A stretch of DNA of 64,000 bases from Pseudohongiellaceae bacterium (lineage in GTDB: Bacteria; Pseudomonadota; Gammaproteobacteria; Pseudomonadales; Pseudohongiellaceae): positions 53,454-117,453 of the forward strand of contig JBLGBD010000001.1 of assembly GCA_047617585.1 (NCBI GenBank), written 5' to 3'. The notes below the pieces were generated by a model that did not search any database, was not told the DNA's origin, and saw only the letters and a list, made by a program, of their open reading frames with translations. Positions 29,881-40,863 of the stretch are shown here, piece after piece (the stretch's first letter is position 1; each line of letters opens with the position of its first letter). The translations under genes and the position numbers were made by a program.

Positions 29881-30885
29881 GTGATTGATCAAACTTTATC
29901 GCCAATTTCTGATTCAACCATCTCAAGTATTTCTGCTGAGGCACTGTGCAGCAATGAATTCAATGAGAACCGCAGGGCCGCGGTCATGCATTATAAGCAG
30001 GCGCGTCAGGTTGCTTCTAGTAGAAGCAGAGCATCCACCACCGACGCGACTTCTGACGCGACCCAACTGTACTTAAAAGAAATAGGTTACACGCCACTAC
30101 TTAGTGCGGAAGAAGAAATTTATTTTGCTCGCCGTGCTTTGAACGGTGATGACGCTAGCCGCAATAGGATGATCGAAAGCAATTTGCGTTTAGTGGTCAA
30201 AATAGCACGGCGCTACATTAATCGAGGATTGTCACTTCTTGATTTGGTTGAAGAAGGCAATTTGGGTCTGATTCATGCTGTTGAAAAATTCGACCCAGAA
30301 AAAGGCTTTCGATTTTCTACTTACGCGACATGGTGGATTCGTCAAAACATAGAGCGCGGCTTGATGAATCAAACCCGTACAATCCGCTTGCCTGTACACG
30401 TCGTCAAAGAATTGAATGTATATCTGAGAGCTGAGCGAGAGCTTGCGAACAAAACTGAAAAAGAGCCTACGCTCGAAGAAATCGCTGCCTTGGTTGAAAA
30501 ACCAGTCGATGACGTTAAGAAAATGATGGCTCTCAATGAAAAGGTAACTTCAGCTGATGCGCCAGTTGCTTCAGACTCAGAGCGGACAGTGGTCGATACT
30601 TTGAGCGACGAAACAGAAAAAGGCCCCTGCGGCGATTTTCAAAGTTCAGAGTTAGAGAGTTGCATAACTGGCTGGATGAATGAATTGTCCGAGAAGCAAA
30701 AAGAAGTGCTTTCACGCCGCTTTGGTCTGAATGGTTATGACAGCGACACACTGGAAAATGTTGGTCTGGAGATAGGTCTAACCAGAGAAAGAGTCCGTCA
30801 GATTCAGATTGAAGCGCTAAAGCGCTTGAAGATTATTATGAGCAGAGAAGGTGTTTCTAGCGATATTTTATTCGATTTCGCTTAA
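29881..30885 (+). CDS. rpoS: RNA polymerase sigma factor RpoS (sigma-38)
   Basis: Long collinear resemblance to E. coli RpoS, for example [86 protein letters not shown] and [19 protein letters not shown]. The start codon is GTG. Confidence 0.93.
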   Translation: MIDQTLSPISDSTISSISAEALCSNEFNENRRAAVMHYKQARQVASSRSRASTTDATSDATQLYLKEIGYTPLLSAEEEIYFARRALNGDDASRNRMIESNLRLVVKIARRYINRGLSLLDLVEEGNLGLIHAVEKFDPEKGFRFSTYATWWIRQNIERGLMNQTRTIRLPVHVVKELNVYLRAERELANKTEKEPTLEEIAALVEKPVDDVKKMMALNEKVTSADAPVASDSERTVVDTLSDETEKGPCGDFQSSELESCITGWMNELSEKQKEVLSRRFGLNGYDSDTLENVGLEIGLTRERVRQIQIEALKRLKIIMSREGVSSDILFDFA

Positions 30886-30934
30886 CTCTAAATTTAATCG
30901 CTACACTGCTCGATACCTGTAGATACAATGAAAA

Positions 30935-30968
30935 GCGAGAGCGCCACACTAGGTGCTCTCGCTTTTTT
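30935..30968 (+). terminator. Rho-independent terminator after rpoS
   Basis: 11-bp stem GCGAGAGCGCC/GGTGCTCTCGC with one G-U pair, a 6-nt loop and then TTTTTT. Confidence 0.8.
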
Positions 30969-31101
30969 CGTTTAGCAAAATTATAAAGAACAGCTCAGAT
31001 TCAGGGCTTAAGCTTGATAGCTATGAATAGCTGGATTATCCTTGCTGCTCCTGCTCCGTCACAATGACATAGTCGCACTGTATTTCACGAAAGGTTTCAA
31101 C

Positions 31102-32307
31102 TTGCTAAATAGAAATTCACCTACAGCCCTCGCGGGAAAACTGGTTATTGATCTGACTCGGGTGCTGGGCGGTCCATATTGCACTCAAATTTTAGGAGAT
31201 CATGGTGCTGAGGTTATTAAGCTGGAGCCCCCCAAGGGGGATGAAACCCGAGATTGGGGGCCGCCTTATCATGACGGTGACTCTGCTTATTACATTGGTG
31301 TGAATCGGAACAAGCGCTCAATGGGTCTAGATCTGACAGTGGATTCAGGGCGAGAAGTCTTGCTCTCATTGCTGGAGCATGCCGATATCTTAGTGGAAAA
31401 TTTCAAGCCAGGCACCATGGAAAAGTGGGGCCTGGGCTACCAGGAGGTGTTGCAGAAAAAATTTCCGAAGCTAATTCACTGCCGCGTCAGCGGTTTTGGG
31501 GATGACGGTCCTTGGGGCGGCTTTCCCGGTTATGATGCAATTATTCAGGCCATGGCTGGCTGGTTCAGTATCAACGGCGAGGAGGGCAGCGCCCCAACTC
31601 GGTTAGGCTTAGCTGGAGTCGATATGGGCACCGGGCTATATTCGGCAATCGCTATTCTGCTAGCGATGGCAGAACGCGAACGGTCCGGATGTGGTCAGTA
31701 TCTGGATATGACCCTGTATGACTGCGCTGTGTCTCTTATGCACCCTCATATTCCTAACTATAACTACTCTGGTAAAATTCCCGGGCCTACTGGCAATGCG
31801 CACCCCAATATCAGCCCTTACGATACATTCCGTACCAAGACGGTAGATGTGTTCATCGGTGCCGGCAACAACGGTGCCTATAAAAAGCTGTGCGATGCTC
31901 TCAATCGCCCCGAGCTGGCGGATGACCCGCGTTTTCTTAGCAATATCGACAGAGTAAAAAACCGAGTCGATCTAAAAGCAGAAATTGAGTCCAGCCTTAT
32001 GCTGATCGATGGGCATGAAATATGCGACATTCTTGCCAAAGCCGGTCTGGCAGTGGGCCCAATTCATAATACTGCCCAAGTTGTCGATCACCCCCATACT
32101 CACCACCGGCAAATGACTATCGAGCAAGACTGGTACAAGATGACTGGCACCCCAATCAAGCTATCTCGTACCCCTGGTTCGCTGCGCCGGCTGCCGCCTA
32201 AATACGGCGAGCACAGTATCGAGCTGCTGAAGGAATTTGGGTTTAGCGATGAGAAAATCAATGAGCTACTGGGTCAGTCTGTAGTTCTAACCTCACGAAA
32301 GAAGTAG
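31102..32307 (+). CDS. Family III CoA-transferase (CaiB/BaiF type)
   Basis: LAGKLVIDLTRVLGGPYCTQILGDHGAEVIKLEPPKGDETR is the family signature. I prefer the TTG start at 31102, which has AAAGG 8 nt upstream, over the ORF-track start at 31042. Confidence 0.85.
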   Translation: MLNRNSPTALAGKLVIDLTRVLGGPYCTQILGDHGAEVIKLEPPKGDETRDWGPPYHDGDSAYYIGVNRNKRSMGLDLTVDSGREVLLSLLEHADILVENFKPGTMEKWGLGYQEVLQKKFPKLIHCRVSGFGDDGPWGGFPGYDAIIQAMAGWFSINGEEGSAPTRLGLAGVDMGTGLYSAIAILLAMAERERSGCGQYLDMTLYDCAVSLMHPHIPNYNYSGKIPGPTGNAHPNISPYDTFRTKTVDVFIGAGNNGAYKKLCDALNRPELADDPRFLSNIDRVKNRVDLKAEIESSLMLIDGHEICDILAKAGLAVGPIHNTAQVVDHPHTHHRQMTIEQDWYKMTGTPIKLSRTPGSLRRLPPKYGEHSIELLKEFGFSDEKINELLGQSVVLTSRKK

Positions 32308-32443
32308 CCCTCGCGGCAGTAAAATCCCTAAACCCCATAAGCCCACTCAGTGGGCTTAAATAGATTCGCTAAAATAATTGTTGCCTAGTCGTGATATGGT
32401 GTTATAGTTATGTATAACACTATGTCAGTAAAGAGCGAGCTCG

Positions 32444-32803
32444 GTGGAAATAAACTGGAATAACAAAGACGCTATCTACCTGCAACTGCGGGATCGATTG
32501 GCTGAATTGATTTTAGATGCTGTCTTCAAAGAGGGCGATGCCCTGCCGTCGGTTCGGCAAATTTCCAGTGAGCAACGAATCAATCCCATTACAGTCTCAA
32601 AAGCTATGCAGATATTAGTTGATGAAGATTTAGTGGAAAAAAGACGGGGGCTAGGAATGTATGTTGTTATCGGTGCAAAAGAAAAACTTGCTACAGCGGA
32701 GCGCACTAAATTTCTTGAAGAGGAATGGCCTCAAATCGAGCGGCGAATTGCACGCCTTGGTTTCACGCTTGATGACCTTTTTGGGCGCGGCGAAACTAAG
32801 TAG
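32444..32803 (+). CDS. GntR-family (YtrA-like, short) transcriptional regulator
   Basis: 119 aa with the winged-helix motif LPSVRQISSEQRINPITVSKAMQILVDEDLVEKRRGLGMYV. It precedes an ABC ATPase/permease pair. Confidence 0.85.
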   Translation: MEINWNNKDAIYLQLRDRLAELILDAVFKEGDALPSVRQISSEQRINPITVSKAMQILVDEDLVEKRRGLGMYVVIGAKEKLATAERTKFLEEEWPQIERRIARLGFTLDDLFGRGETK

Positions 32804-32826
32804 AGCGAAGATAATAGGAACTGACA

Positions 32827-33693
32827 ATGACGATGACTAATATTGTTGAAGCGAAGTCTTTGCGCAAAACATTTGGCAGTTTTGTCGCGTTGGATGACGT
32901 CAGCCTTTCTATACCTACAGGCGCTATTAGTGGGCTGATAGGCCCCAACGGTGCCGGTAAAACAACCACACTTAAATCACTGATTGGTCTGTGCGACGTG
33001 GAGGGCGAAATAAGCGTGGTTGGCCGCGATCCGCGTATTGCAAGACACAAGCTAATGGAAGATGTGTGCTTTATTGCCGACGTAGGAATTTTGCCGAAAT
33101 GGTTGAAGGTGTCTCAAGTATTAGACTATGTGGAAGCGGTTCACCCGCGCTTCTCGCGAAAGAAAGCCATTGAGTTGCTTTCGACAACAGAGGTTCCCGC
33201 CAATAAGCGCATCAAGAATCTTTCCAAAGGCATGGTTACCCAATTACACCTAGCTATTGTTATGGCTATCGATGTGAGGCTATTGGTGTTGGATGAGCCA
33301 ACCCTAGGCTTGGATATTGTGTACCGAAAGGAGTTTTATGACCGTCTTCTCAATGATTACTATGACGGCAATCGGACAATCATAATCAGTACCCATCAAA
33401 TAGAAGAAATAGAGACTCTGCTTTCCCATTTGGTGTTTATTAATAAGGGCAGAATAGAGCTAAACGCATTGATGAGCGACTTAGCACAGCAGTATTTCGA
33501 GGTGCTTGTGGGGCCGGAAAAAGTGGCCGAGGCCCAAGCGATGAACCCTATACATGTGCGATCTCTGCTGGGCAAAAAGTCGTTCACCTTTGAGTCAGTG
33601 CAAAGAGCACAGCTTGAAGGCCTTGGTGAGATATACACCCCAAGCATAGCTGATTTGTTTGTGGCTAAGATGAAAGGAGGGCGGCATGACTAG
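32827..33693 (+). CDS. ABC transporter ATP-binding protein
   Basis: GPNGAGKTT, LSKGM (signature-like) and LLVLDEPTLGLD motifs. Confidence 0.9.
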   Translation: MTMTNIVEAKSLRKTFGSFVALDDVSLSIPTGAISGLIGPNGAGKTTTLKSLIGLCDVEGEISVVGRDPRIARHKLMEDVCFIADVGILPKWLKVSQVLDYVEAVHPRFSRKKAIELLSTTEVPANKRIKNLSKGMVTQLHLAIVMAIDVRLLVLDEPTLGLDIVYRKEFYDRLLNDYYDGNRTIIISTHQIEEIETLLSHLVFINKGRIELNALMSDLAQQYFEVLVGPEKVAEAQAMNPIHVRSLLGKKSFTFESVQRAQLEGLGEIYTPSIADLFVAKMKGGRHD

Positions 33694-34537
33694 TTTCCAA
33701 GTAGGTCGTTTTTTGGCGTTACTAAAAAAAGAATTTCTAGAAAACCGCAGCTTAATAGTTGGTGCTCCTGCTGTGCTTGCCTTGTCACTTTTTGTCTTAA
33801 ATTTTTTGATAGTCTCCCAGCTTGGCCCGGAACGAATTATACTTGGTTTAGAATTCTTGAATCGTTGGTTTGACGGTCAATCGCCGATTGAAACCGCGCC
33901 TATAATTTCATTGTTGGCGTTTCCTTTTGGCATTATATTTTTCTTTTGTAGCGTCATTTATTTGCTCAATGCGCTGTATCAAGACCGTCGTGATATGAGC
34001 ATTTTATTTTGGCAATCGATGCCAGTTTCTAACCTTCAAACAGTGCTGAGTAAGATAGTGACTGTTATGGTGGTAAGCCCCGCCTTCTTGGTTGCCTGTA
34101 TGTCGGCGCTGTATTTTCTGCTGATCATTAGTCTTACTTTTCTTGGTTTACGCAACGAAGTAGAAGTGGCTGGTTTTGGCTATTTGCTTGCGGCGGTTTT
34201 TATAAACTTGGTTATTTTTTATTTATTTATTGCGACTTCAGTGCTTTGGCTTTTGCCCCTGGTGGGTTGGCTCTTATTGTTTTCAGCCTTTGCGCGCAAG
34301 GCGCCAATGCTTTGGGCAATTGGTGTCTATTTCCTACTAGGATTTTTGGAAGAGTTTGTTTTTGGGAGTCAGTTCTTGAGCAATTGGGCGCAGACCAGAT
34401 TTGATCCCGACAATTTCATAATTATTGAATTTATTGGACTTGCTGATCGATTTCTAAGCTATGACATGTTTATAGGGATTGTGGTTGGTACAATCTTAAT
34501 TAGCGGCGCAGTCTATATGCGTAGCTTCGTCGATTAA
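33686..34537 (+). CDS. ABC-2-type membrane (permease-like) protein
   Basis: It overlaps the ATPase stop by 8 nt and has about 6 hydrophobic helices. I recognise no specific motif. Confidence 0.6.
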   Translation: MTSFQVGRFLALLKKEFLENRSLIVGAPAVLALSLFVLNFLIVSQLGPERIILGLEFLNRWFDGQSPIETAPIISLLAFPFGIIFFFCSVIYLLNALYQDRRDMSILFWQSMPVSNLQTVLSKIVTVMVVSPAFLVACMSALYFLLIISLTFLGLRNEVEVAGFGYLLAAVFINLVIFYLFIATSVLWLLPLVGWLLLFSAFARKAPMLWAIGVYFLLGFLEEFVFGSQFLSNWAQTRFDPDNFIIIEFIGLADRFLSYDMFIGIVVGTILISGAVYMRSFVD

Positions 34538-34562
34538 CTTGTTTGGTGAACTGCAGTAAATT

Positions 34563-34769
34563 GTGAAAGCAAATAAAGGGATATGGGGTATGAAGGCACT
34601 AGTGTTGAAAAACCGGTTTACTTTGCTAGCGACGTGTTTGTTTGTCTACGTTATCACTTTGGTTGTTGAGGGTGTGGCGACGGGCCGTGAACCTGATCTC
34701 CTGCATTTTGATAACTCTCTGTTTGAGCTTAATCTACTGGAGCTGCAAGAACTTAGCGACAGCTTCTAA
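34563..34769 (+). CDS. Small hypothetical single-pass membrane protein
   Basis: One hydrophobic helix (FTLLATCLFVYVITLVVEGV). It lies just downstream of the ABC module. The start is uncertain (GTG at 34563 or ATG at 34590). Confidence 0.25.
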   Translation: MKANKGIWGMKALVLKNRFTLLATCLFVYVITLVVEGVATGREPDLLHFDNSLFELNLLELQELSDSF

Positions 34770-34972
34770 TAGGCAATAATGTGTCTCGCTAAAGTGCTGC
34801 TCAGTAACAAAATGGCAGCGTATCGCAACCTTAGGATCTAAACCCGCAAGCTGCACGTGGTGGTCGAGCTTTGTGCGCTGAATTGGTCCTGCTGACGGTT
34901 GTTCGTTTTCCTTCTTGTAGGTTAGACTGGATAGCTTGATTCATTCTTAAAGTCCCAAGGAAACCACCATCG

Positions 34973-35995
34973 ATGACTGAAAACACCCGAGTACTGTTCG
35001 CCAAACGCCCAGTTGGTGAGCCTGCCGACGATTGCTTTAAATTTGACCGCGTCACCCTGCCTGCCCTTGAGGGTAATCAGATTCTGATTCAGGTTTGCTG
35101 GTTGTCACTAGACCCGTATATGCGCGGCCGAATGAATGACACGAAGTCTTATGCTGCGCCTTTACAATTTGGTGATGTAATGACAGGAGAGTCAGCAGGT
35201 ATCGTGCTCGAGTCGACATCAGACAAGTTCGCAGTAGGTGACAGGGTGGCCGCTCATATGGGTTGGCAGTCACATATCATTGCGGACGCCGATGATCTTA
35301 GGTTGATGAAAGTAAATCTTGATAACGGCTCTCTGTCGGCCCATTTGGGTGTAGTAGGCATGCCCGGCAGAACAGCGTATTTCGGGCTTAAAGAAGTAGG
35401 TAAACCGGTTGCTGGTGAAACCTTGGTCGTGGCAGCGGCCTCGGGCGCTGTTGGCTCTGCTGTGGGACAGATTGCTAAAATATTAGGCTTGAAGGTGGTT
35501 GGCATAGCCGGCGGCCCGGATAAATGCCGTTATGTCAAAGAAGAGCTTGGCTTTGATGCCTGTATTGACTACAAGGCCGGTAACTTATCGGCAGAACTGG
35601 CGTCTGCTTGCCCGTCGGGAATCGATATTTACTTTGAGAATGTGGGCGGCGATGTGACCAGAGCTGTTGCCCCGCTGCTGAATGCCGGAGCTCGCGTCCC
35701 TATTTGTGGCTATGTGTCCAATTACAACGATGAAGACATTGCTAAGTCTGAGACGCCGTTTCATATTTTAAAGAAGCTAGATGTGGTGCCTGAACATCGA
35801 TTTTTTGTTGTTACTGAATGGAAAGAGCGTTGGGTCGAGGCTACCGAGCAATTGGGTGCTTGGGTCAAAGAAGGCAAGTTGATCCATAAAGAAAGCATTG
35901 GCGTGGGGCTGGAAAACACCCCTGAGCTTTTTCGCGGGCTTCTTAAAGGCAAGAATTTTGGCAAGCAGCTGGTTAAAGTAGCCAGCGAGAGTTAG
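34973..35995 (+). CDS. NADP-dependent oxidoreductase, MDR superfamily, alkenal/enone reductase (YncB/PTGR-like)
   Basis: ETLVVAAASGAVGSAVGQIAKILG nucleotide-binding motif and the typical C-terminal GKNFGKQLVKV. Confidence 0.85.
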   Translation: MTENTRVLFAKRPVGEPADDCFKFDRVTLPALEGNQILIQVCWLSLDPYMRGRMNDTKSYAAPLQFGDVMTGESAGIVLESTSDKFAVGDRVAAHMGWQSHIIADADDLRLMKVNLDNGSLSAHLGVVGMPGRTAYFGLKEVGKPVAGETLVVAAASGAVGSAVGQIAKILGLKVVGIAGGPDKCRYVKEELGFDACIDYKAGNLSAELASACPSGIDIYFENVGGDVTRAVAPLLNAGARVPICGYVSNYNDEDIAKSETPFHILKKLDVVPEHRFFVVTEWKERWVEATEQLGAWVKEGKLIHKESIGVGLENTPELFRGLLKGKNFGKQLVKVASES

Positions 35996-35999
35996 CTAG

Positions 36000-36848
36000 A
36001 TGTCAAACTCTCAGCACCCCGAGCGGGCTTCGACAGCTAATTTCGCCTTAAGTCAGCTGTTTTCAGTTGCAGGTAAAACGGCATTGGTAACCGGTGGCAG
36101 CAGCGGTTTAGGGTTTATTATGGCCCAGGGCTTATTGCAAAACGGGGCTAAGGTAATTATTGCTTCCCGCAGCCAACAAAAGTGCGATGTAGCGTTAGCG
36201 CAGTTAAGTACATTTGGTGACGTTACAGCCATCACAGCAGATGTAACCATTGCCCAGCAACGCAGTGAATTGATTGCTCAGGTGGAGGCGCGTTTCTCTG
36301 GGCTGTCTTTGTTGGTCAATAATGCTGGCGCCAATTGGGGCGCAAAGCTTGAGGACTACCCTGATGATGGCTTCGAAAAAGTCATCAATACCAACCTCAA
36401 TGCTGTATTTTCGTTGACCCGCGACTGTGTTGGATTATTGGCCAAAGCCGGCACTTCCAGCGACCCTGCTCGGGTCATCAATATTGGCTCAATGGACGGT
36501 ATTCATGTTCCTATCGTCCAGCGAGTACCAACCTTTGCTTATTCGGCGAGCAAGGCAGCGCTGCACCACTTGACCAAGGCATTGGCAGTAGATCTAGCGG
36601 CTAGGCACATTACCGTCAATGCAGTAGCGCCAGGGTTCTTCGCGTCTCGTATGACTGATTATGTGTTTGAGCACTTTCTTGAGGATATCGAAGACGATTG
36701 TCCAATGCATCGAGTTGGCCAGCCGGAAGAAATTGTCGGTATCTTGCTCTACCTAGCGTCAAAAGCGGGCGCCTATACAACGGGAACTGTGATTCCTGTT
36801 GATGGTGGCACGAGTATCTCCAAGGGGCGCCGGTCCTGGACAGAATAG
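36000..36848 (+). CDS. SDR-family oxidoreductase
   Basis: TGGSSGLG, NNAG and the YSASKAAL catalytic motif. Confidence 0.88.
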   Translation: MSNSQHPERASTANFALSQLFSVAGKTALVTGGSSGLGFIMAQGLLQNGAKVIIASRSQQKCDVALAQLSTFGDVTAITADVTIAQQRSELIAQVEARFSGLSLLVNNAGANWGAKLEDYPDDGFEKVINTNLNAVFSLTRDCVGLLAKAGTSSDPARVINIGSMDGIHVPIVQRVPTFAYSASKAALHHLTKALAVDLAARHITVNAVAPGFFASRMTDYVFEHFLEDIEDDCPMHRVGQPEEIVGILLYLASKAGAYTTGTVIPVDGGTSISKGRRSWTE

Positions 36849-37030
36849 ACAAGCTACTTACTTATTTTCGACAGTATTCCTTGTTCTGCTCCCTGCTGCT
36901 TGCTAGTTTAGCTCGCTGGGTTTTAAGGCCTGTGTGGTAAGTTTGGTAGTGCACTGGGTTAAATACAAAATGGTCTCTTGATCATAGCTTTGCCAATTAC
37001 AAAGAAAGTTAATAACAAGTGGGAGTATCC

Positions 37031-37795
37031 ATGAGCCTTTTTAGTCTTAAGAACAAAGTAACGTTAATCACCGGCTCTACCAAGGGTATCGGCAAAGCTA
37101 TTGCTATGCGGATGGCCGAACAGGGCGCTAAAGTTGTGATCTCTAGCCGCAATCAAGATGCCTGCGACGAGGTGGCTGCTGAGATTAACAGCCTCGGCTA
37201 TGAGGCCATAGCCATAGCCTGTAATATTAATTACAAAGAGCAGCTTAAAGAACTCGTAGAGAAAGCAGAGGCGCAGCTGGGTAAAATAAATACTTTGGTG
37301 TGCAACGCTGCTTTAAATCCGTATTTTGGGCCTTCCCAAGACATTCCCGACGAGGCGTTCGACAAAGTAATGAATGCCAATATCGGCAGTGTCCATAGAC
37401 TCTGTCAACTGGCGATTCCATCGATTGCCGAGCAGGGCGGTGGTGCAGTGATCATCGTGTCGTCAATAGGCGGGCTAAAAGGCACCGATGCGTTAGGCGC
37501 CTATGCTGTGTCGAAAGCGGCAGACATGCAGATTGCCAGAAATTTAGCAGTTGAGTGGGGGCCAAAAAACGTCCGTGTAAATTGTATTGCGCCAGGTCTG
37601 ATTAAAACTGACTTTGCTAGGGCGCTTTGGGAGAATCCAGAAATCTATAAAGCAACCGTGTCGAAGTATCCGTTACGGCGTATTGGCGAGCCTGACGAGA
37701 TAGCGGGTGCTGCGGTGTTTTTGGCGTCGGCGGCTGGAAGTTTTACCACAGGCCAAACCATCGTTATAGATGGTGGTGGCACTATAGCAAGCTAA
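37031..37795 (+). CDS. SDR-family oxidoreductase
   Basis: TGSTKGIG, NAA and YAVSKAA motifs. The ATG at 37031 has a GGAG 5 nt upstream; the ORF-track GTG at 37019 is an alternative. Confidence 0.9.
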   Translation: MSLFSLKNKVTLITGSTKGIGKAIAMRMAEQGAKVVISSRNQDACDEVAAEINSLGYEAIAIACNINYKEQLKELVEKAEAQLGKINTLVCNAALNPYFGPSQDIPDEAFDKVMNANIGSVHRLCQLAIPSIAEQGGGAVIIVSSIGGLKGTDALGAYAVSKAADMQIARNLAVEWGPKNVRVNCIAPGLIKTDFARALWENPEIYKATVSKYPLRRIGEPDEIAGAAVFLASAAGSFTTGQTIVIDGGGTIAS

Positions 37796-37871
37796 ACGCC
37801 AAATTGATGAGGGCTATTTAGTGAGATTCAATCTAATTGAGAAATGCAGTAACCAGAGGAAACTATAAACC

Positions 37872-39089
37872 ATGATGAATTTAGGATTGTCAGAAGAACT
37901 TGTTGAGGTTCGAGAAAAAATACGTGCTTTCGTTGCTGAGCAAGTTGAGCCAGTTGAAGAAGAATACCATAACGAAGTAAGCGTCGGTGACCGTTGGACT
38001 CACACTCCCCGTCAAGATGAAATCATGGGGGATCTTAAAGCGGAAGCCAAGAAACAGGGTTTGTGGAATTTTTTCCTACCTGAAAGTCAGGGCGGTGCTG
38101 GAATTTCGAATCTTGAATATGCTCACCTTGCAGAAATAATGGGTCGTAGTCGGCTAGCATCCGAAGCATTTAATTGCAGTGCTCCAGACACGGGCAACAT
38201 GGAAGTTTTGGAGCGCTATGGTTCGCAAGAGCAAAAAGATCAGTGGTTAAAACCTTTGTTGGCAGGAACTATCCGCTCGGCGTTTGCGATGACCGAGCCA
38301 GGGGTTGCCTCTTCAGATGCGACCAATATTGCCACTAAAGCAGTTCTGGACGGCGATGAGTGGGTTATCAGTGGTGAGAAGTTTTATATTTCTGGTGCCG
38401 GTGACCCCCGCTGTAAAATTATGATTGTGATGGTGCAAACAGATCCAGAAGCGCCTAAGCATACACGCCAATCTCAAATTCTGGTGCCTATGGATGCTGA
38501 GGGTGTTGAAGTGGTTAGGCCAATGCATGTGTTTGGACGAGATGACGCGCCCCATGGCCACATGCATATTAAATATCACAATGTAAGGGTGCCTGAAAGC
38601 AATATTATTTTAGGTCGCGGCAGGGGATTTGAGATTTCTCAAGGTCGCTTAGGGCCAGGTCGCATTCATCACTGCATGCGCTCTATCGGCGCTGCTGAAA
38701 AAGCGCTTGATTTAATGTGTCTGCGGGCGACTAGCCGAGAAGCCTTTGGCAAGACATTGGCTGAACTTGGCGGCAACTATGATGTTATCGCCGATAGCCG
38801 GATAGAAATAGAAATGTGCCGCTTGCTAACATTTAAAGCGGCTTGGCTGATGGACACAATTGGCAATAAAGCGGCACGAGATGCGATCTCGCAAATTAAA
38901 GTTGCCGTGCCGAATATGGCGTTGCGGGTTATAGATAGGGCTATCCAAATGCACGGTGCGGCTGGTGTATCACAGGATTTCCCGTTGGCCTCGCTATGGA
39001 CTAGCCAGAGAACTTTGAGGTTGGCAGATGGCCCCGATGAGGTTCACAGGAGAGTAATCGCGCGTAAGGAGCTGGCTAAATACTCCTAA
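37872..39089 (+). CDS. Acyl-CoA dehydrogenase family protein
   Basis: [16 protein letters not shown], the YISGAGD region and the C-terminal helical domain with QMHGAAG. Confidence 0.9.
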   Translation: MMNLGLSEELVEVREKIRAFVAEQVEPVEEEYHNEVSVGDRWTHTPRQDEIMGDLKAEAKKQGLWNFFLPESQGGAGISNLEYAHLAEIMGRSRLASEAFNCSAPDTGNMEVLERYGSQEQKDQWLKPLLAGTIRSAFAMTEPGVASSDATNIATKAVLDGDEWVISGEKFYISGAGDPRCKIMIVMVQTDPEAPKHTRQSQILVPMDAEGVEVVRPMHVFGRDDAPHGHMHIKYHNVRVPESNIILGRGRGFEISQGRLGPGRIHHCMRSIGAAEKALDLMCLRATSREAFGKTLAELGGNYDVIADSRIEIEMCRLLTFKAAWLMDTIGNKAARDAISQIKVAVPNMALRVIDRAIQMHGAAGVSQDFPLASLWTSQRTLRLADGPDEVHRRVIARKELAKYS

Positions 39090-39109
39090 GCCGAATTCAG
39101 TATCGAGAA

Positions 39110-39133
39110 ATGGGAGCCTAGGTTCCCATTTTT
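39110..39133 (+). terminator. Rho-independent terminator after the acyl-CoA dehydrogenase gene
   Basis: ATGGGAGC-CTAG-GTTCCCAT hairpin (8 bp, one G-U pair) followed by TTTT. Confidence 0.6.
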
Positions 39134-39152
39134 CGTTTTTGCTCCCTAAAAT

Positions 39153-40016
39153 GTGCCAAAGGGTTTACAGTTGAATTCCATCTCCGTCGTCATTCCTACG
39201 TTTAATAGGGCTGGAATACTGGCTCGAGCTTTAAACTCAGTTATCAGTCAAACTCGAAAAGCTGATGAGATAATTGTTGTTGATGATGGTTCTAATGATG
39301 ATACCCGGCTCATGCTAGCCCAGTGTTTTCCCGACGTGATTTATTGCTATCAGGAAAATAAAGGTGTCAGCGCAGCAAGGAATAAAGGTATTGAATTAGC
39401 GAGCGGCAGTTGGGTCGCTTTTTTAGACTCAGATGACCAATGGCTAAACCATAAGCTCGAATGCCAGACTCAGGCTTGGTCTAAAGCGAAAAACTATCGA
39501 ATCGTACACAGCGATGAAACTTGGATTCGTGATGGGACTCAGGTGAATAAACCCAAGCGTTACCAAACAAGGCAAGGTCGTATCTTTGAGCACTGTTTAT
39601 CACAGTGCGCTATTTCACCTTCATCCGCTGTCATTGAGAAGAGTCTACTTGCAGAGATGGGTAACTTTGATGAGAATTTTCCGGTGTGTGAAGACTACGA
39701 TCTGTGGCTTAAAATCTGTGCTAGTTATCCGGTGCTAGCCTGCTCCAAAGCACTTCTAGTTCGCTACGGCGGACATGCCGACCAGCTCTCCACCACGACT
39801 TGGGGGCTAGATCAATATCGGGTGCAGGCGCTGAATAATCTGTTACATTCAGACCGCTTTACTGATTCTTTAACACCTGATGAAAAAGACAAAACTACCC
39901 GGATTCTGCAAAAAAAACTCGAAATTCTTATTCAAGGGGCGCTCAAGAGAGAGAACCAAAAGCTGGCTATAAGTGCACAAAAAATGCTGGCTATGATGCC
40001 TCACAGTGAACAATAA
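39153..40016 (+). CDS. Family 2 glycosyltransferase
   Basis: ISVVIPTFNRAG, VVDDGSNDDT and AFLDSDD (DxD) motifs. The start codon is GTG. Confidence 0.85.
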   Translation: MPKGLQLNSISVVIPTFNRAGILARALNSVISQTRKADEIIVVDDGSNDDTRLMLAQCFPDVIYCYQENKGVSAARNKGIELASGSWVAFLDSDDQWLNHKLECQTQAWSKAKNYRIVHSDETWIRDGTQVNKPKRYQTRQGRIFEHCLSQCAISPSSAVIEKSLLAEMGNFDENFPVCEDYDLWLKICASYPVLACSKALLVRYGGHADQLSTTTWGLDQYRVQALNNLLHSDRFTDSLTPDEKDKTTRILQKKLEILIQGALKRENQKLAISAQKMLAMMPHSEQ

Positions 40017-40857
40017 AATGTTTGATCCGACGCTCAACGTCAATCTTGTTGTTGCCCTAATGGTGGAGGCGAAGCCTTTTATTGACCAGTTTAAGCTTAC
40101 GCCGCAGCCTGAGCATCGCGTCTTTAAAATTTACAGCAACAGCAATGTAAGCTTAATTATTAGCGGCATGGGCAGAAACAACGCGGCGGCGGCGACAGCT
40201 TACTTAGGCGCGCAATTCTCTTCTGCGAACGTCGTTTCATTATGGATAAACTTAGGCATCGCAGGGCACAGTTCGCATTCTATTGGCGAGCTAGTAATAG
40301 CCCATAAAATTCTGGAAAGGGCGTCGGGTCACGCTTTTTACCCCTTAGTCTACCCAGTCAGCCTCACCTCGACTGAGCTTGTAACTGTAGATGTCCCGGA
40401 GACTGGTTACTCAGAAGAGTCGGCCTTTGATATGGAGGCTTCTGGATTTGCCGCAGTGGCAAGCAAATTTACCTCGCTTGAATTTATTCAAAGCGTGAAG
40501 GTGATTTCTGATAATGCGGAATCAGGGATTGCCGCTGTTTCAAAGTCCTCTATCGAGGACTTGATGCGTAGCAGCGTAACTGCCGTGGTTCAACTCATAG
40601 ATGTTATGTTGCCTAGCGCTGTCCATCGGAGTGCGCAGATTCAATTGCCTCAGGCTTTTGAACAGATGCTACACACTGCTCGCTTTAGCGCTACACAAAC
40701 GGTTCAGCTAAAGCGCCTATGTCAGCGCTACAGCGCCTTGGGATTGGAGCAGCAGCTGACCGAGATCGCAGGGATGGAATTTGAGTCCGCGAAGAAGATC
40801 ATTCAGTTTCTCGAAGCCCAACTAAGGCTGCATATTGATATTGTGCAGGATTCGTAA
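40006..40857 (+). CDS. Phosphorylase-family (PNP_UDP_1 / MTA-SAH nucleosidase-like) protein with a ~100-aa C-terminal helical extension
   Basis: LVVALMVEAKPF, ISGMGRNNAAAATAYL, NLGIAGH and FDMEASGFAAVA resemble nucleosidase/phosphorylase motifs. An alternative ATG start at 40018 lies 1 nt after the GT2 stop. Confidence 0.6.
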   Translation: MNNKMFDPTLNVNLVVALMVEAKPFIDQFKLTPQPEHRVFKIYSNSNVSLIISGMGRNNAAAATAYLGAQFSSANVVSLWINLGIAGHSSHSIGELVIAHKILERASGHAFYPLVYPVSLTSTELVTVDVPETGYSEESAFDMEASGFAAVASKFTSLEFIQSVKVISDNAESGIAAVSKSSIEDLMRSSVTAVVQLIDVMLPSAVHRSAQIQLPQAFEQMLHTARFSATQTVQLKRLCQRYSALGLEQQLTEIAGMEFESAKKIIQFLEAQLRLHIDIVQDS

Positions 40858-40863
40858 CCGATA

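Noticed and set aside
31042-31101. N-terminal 20-codon extension of the CoA-transferase ORF
   Set aside because: The extension (MLLLLRHNDIVALYFTKGFN) precedes the conserved family N-terminus. An in-frame TTG at 31102 with a Shine-Dalgarno-like AAAGG fits better.
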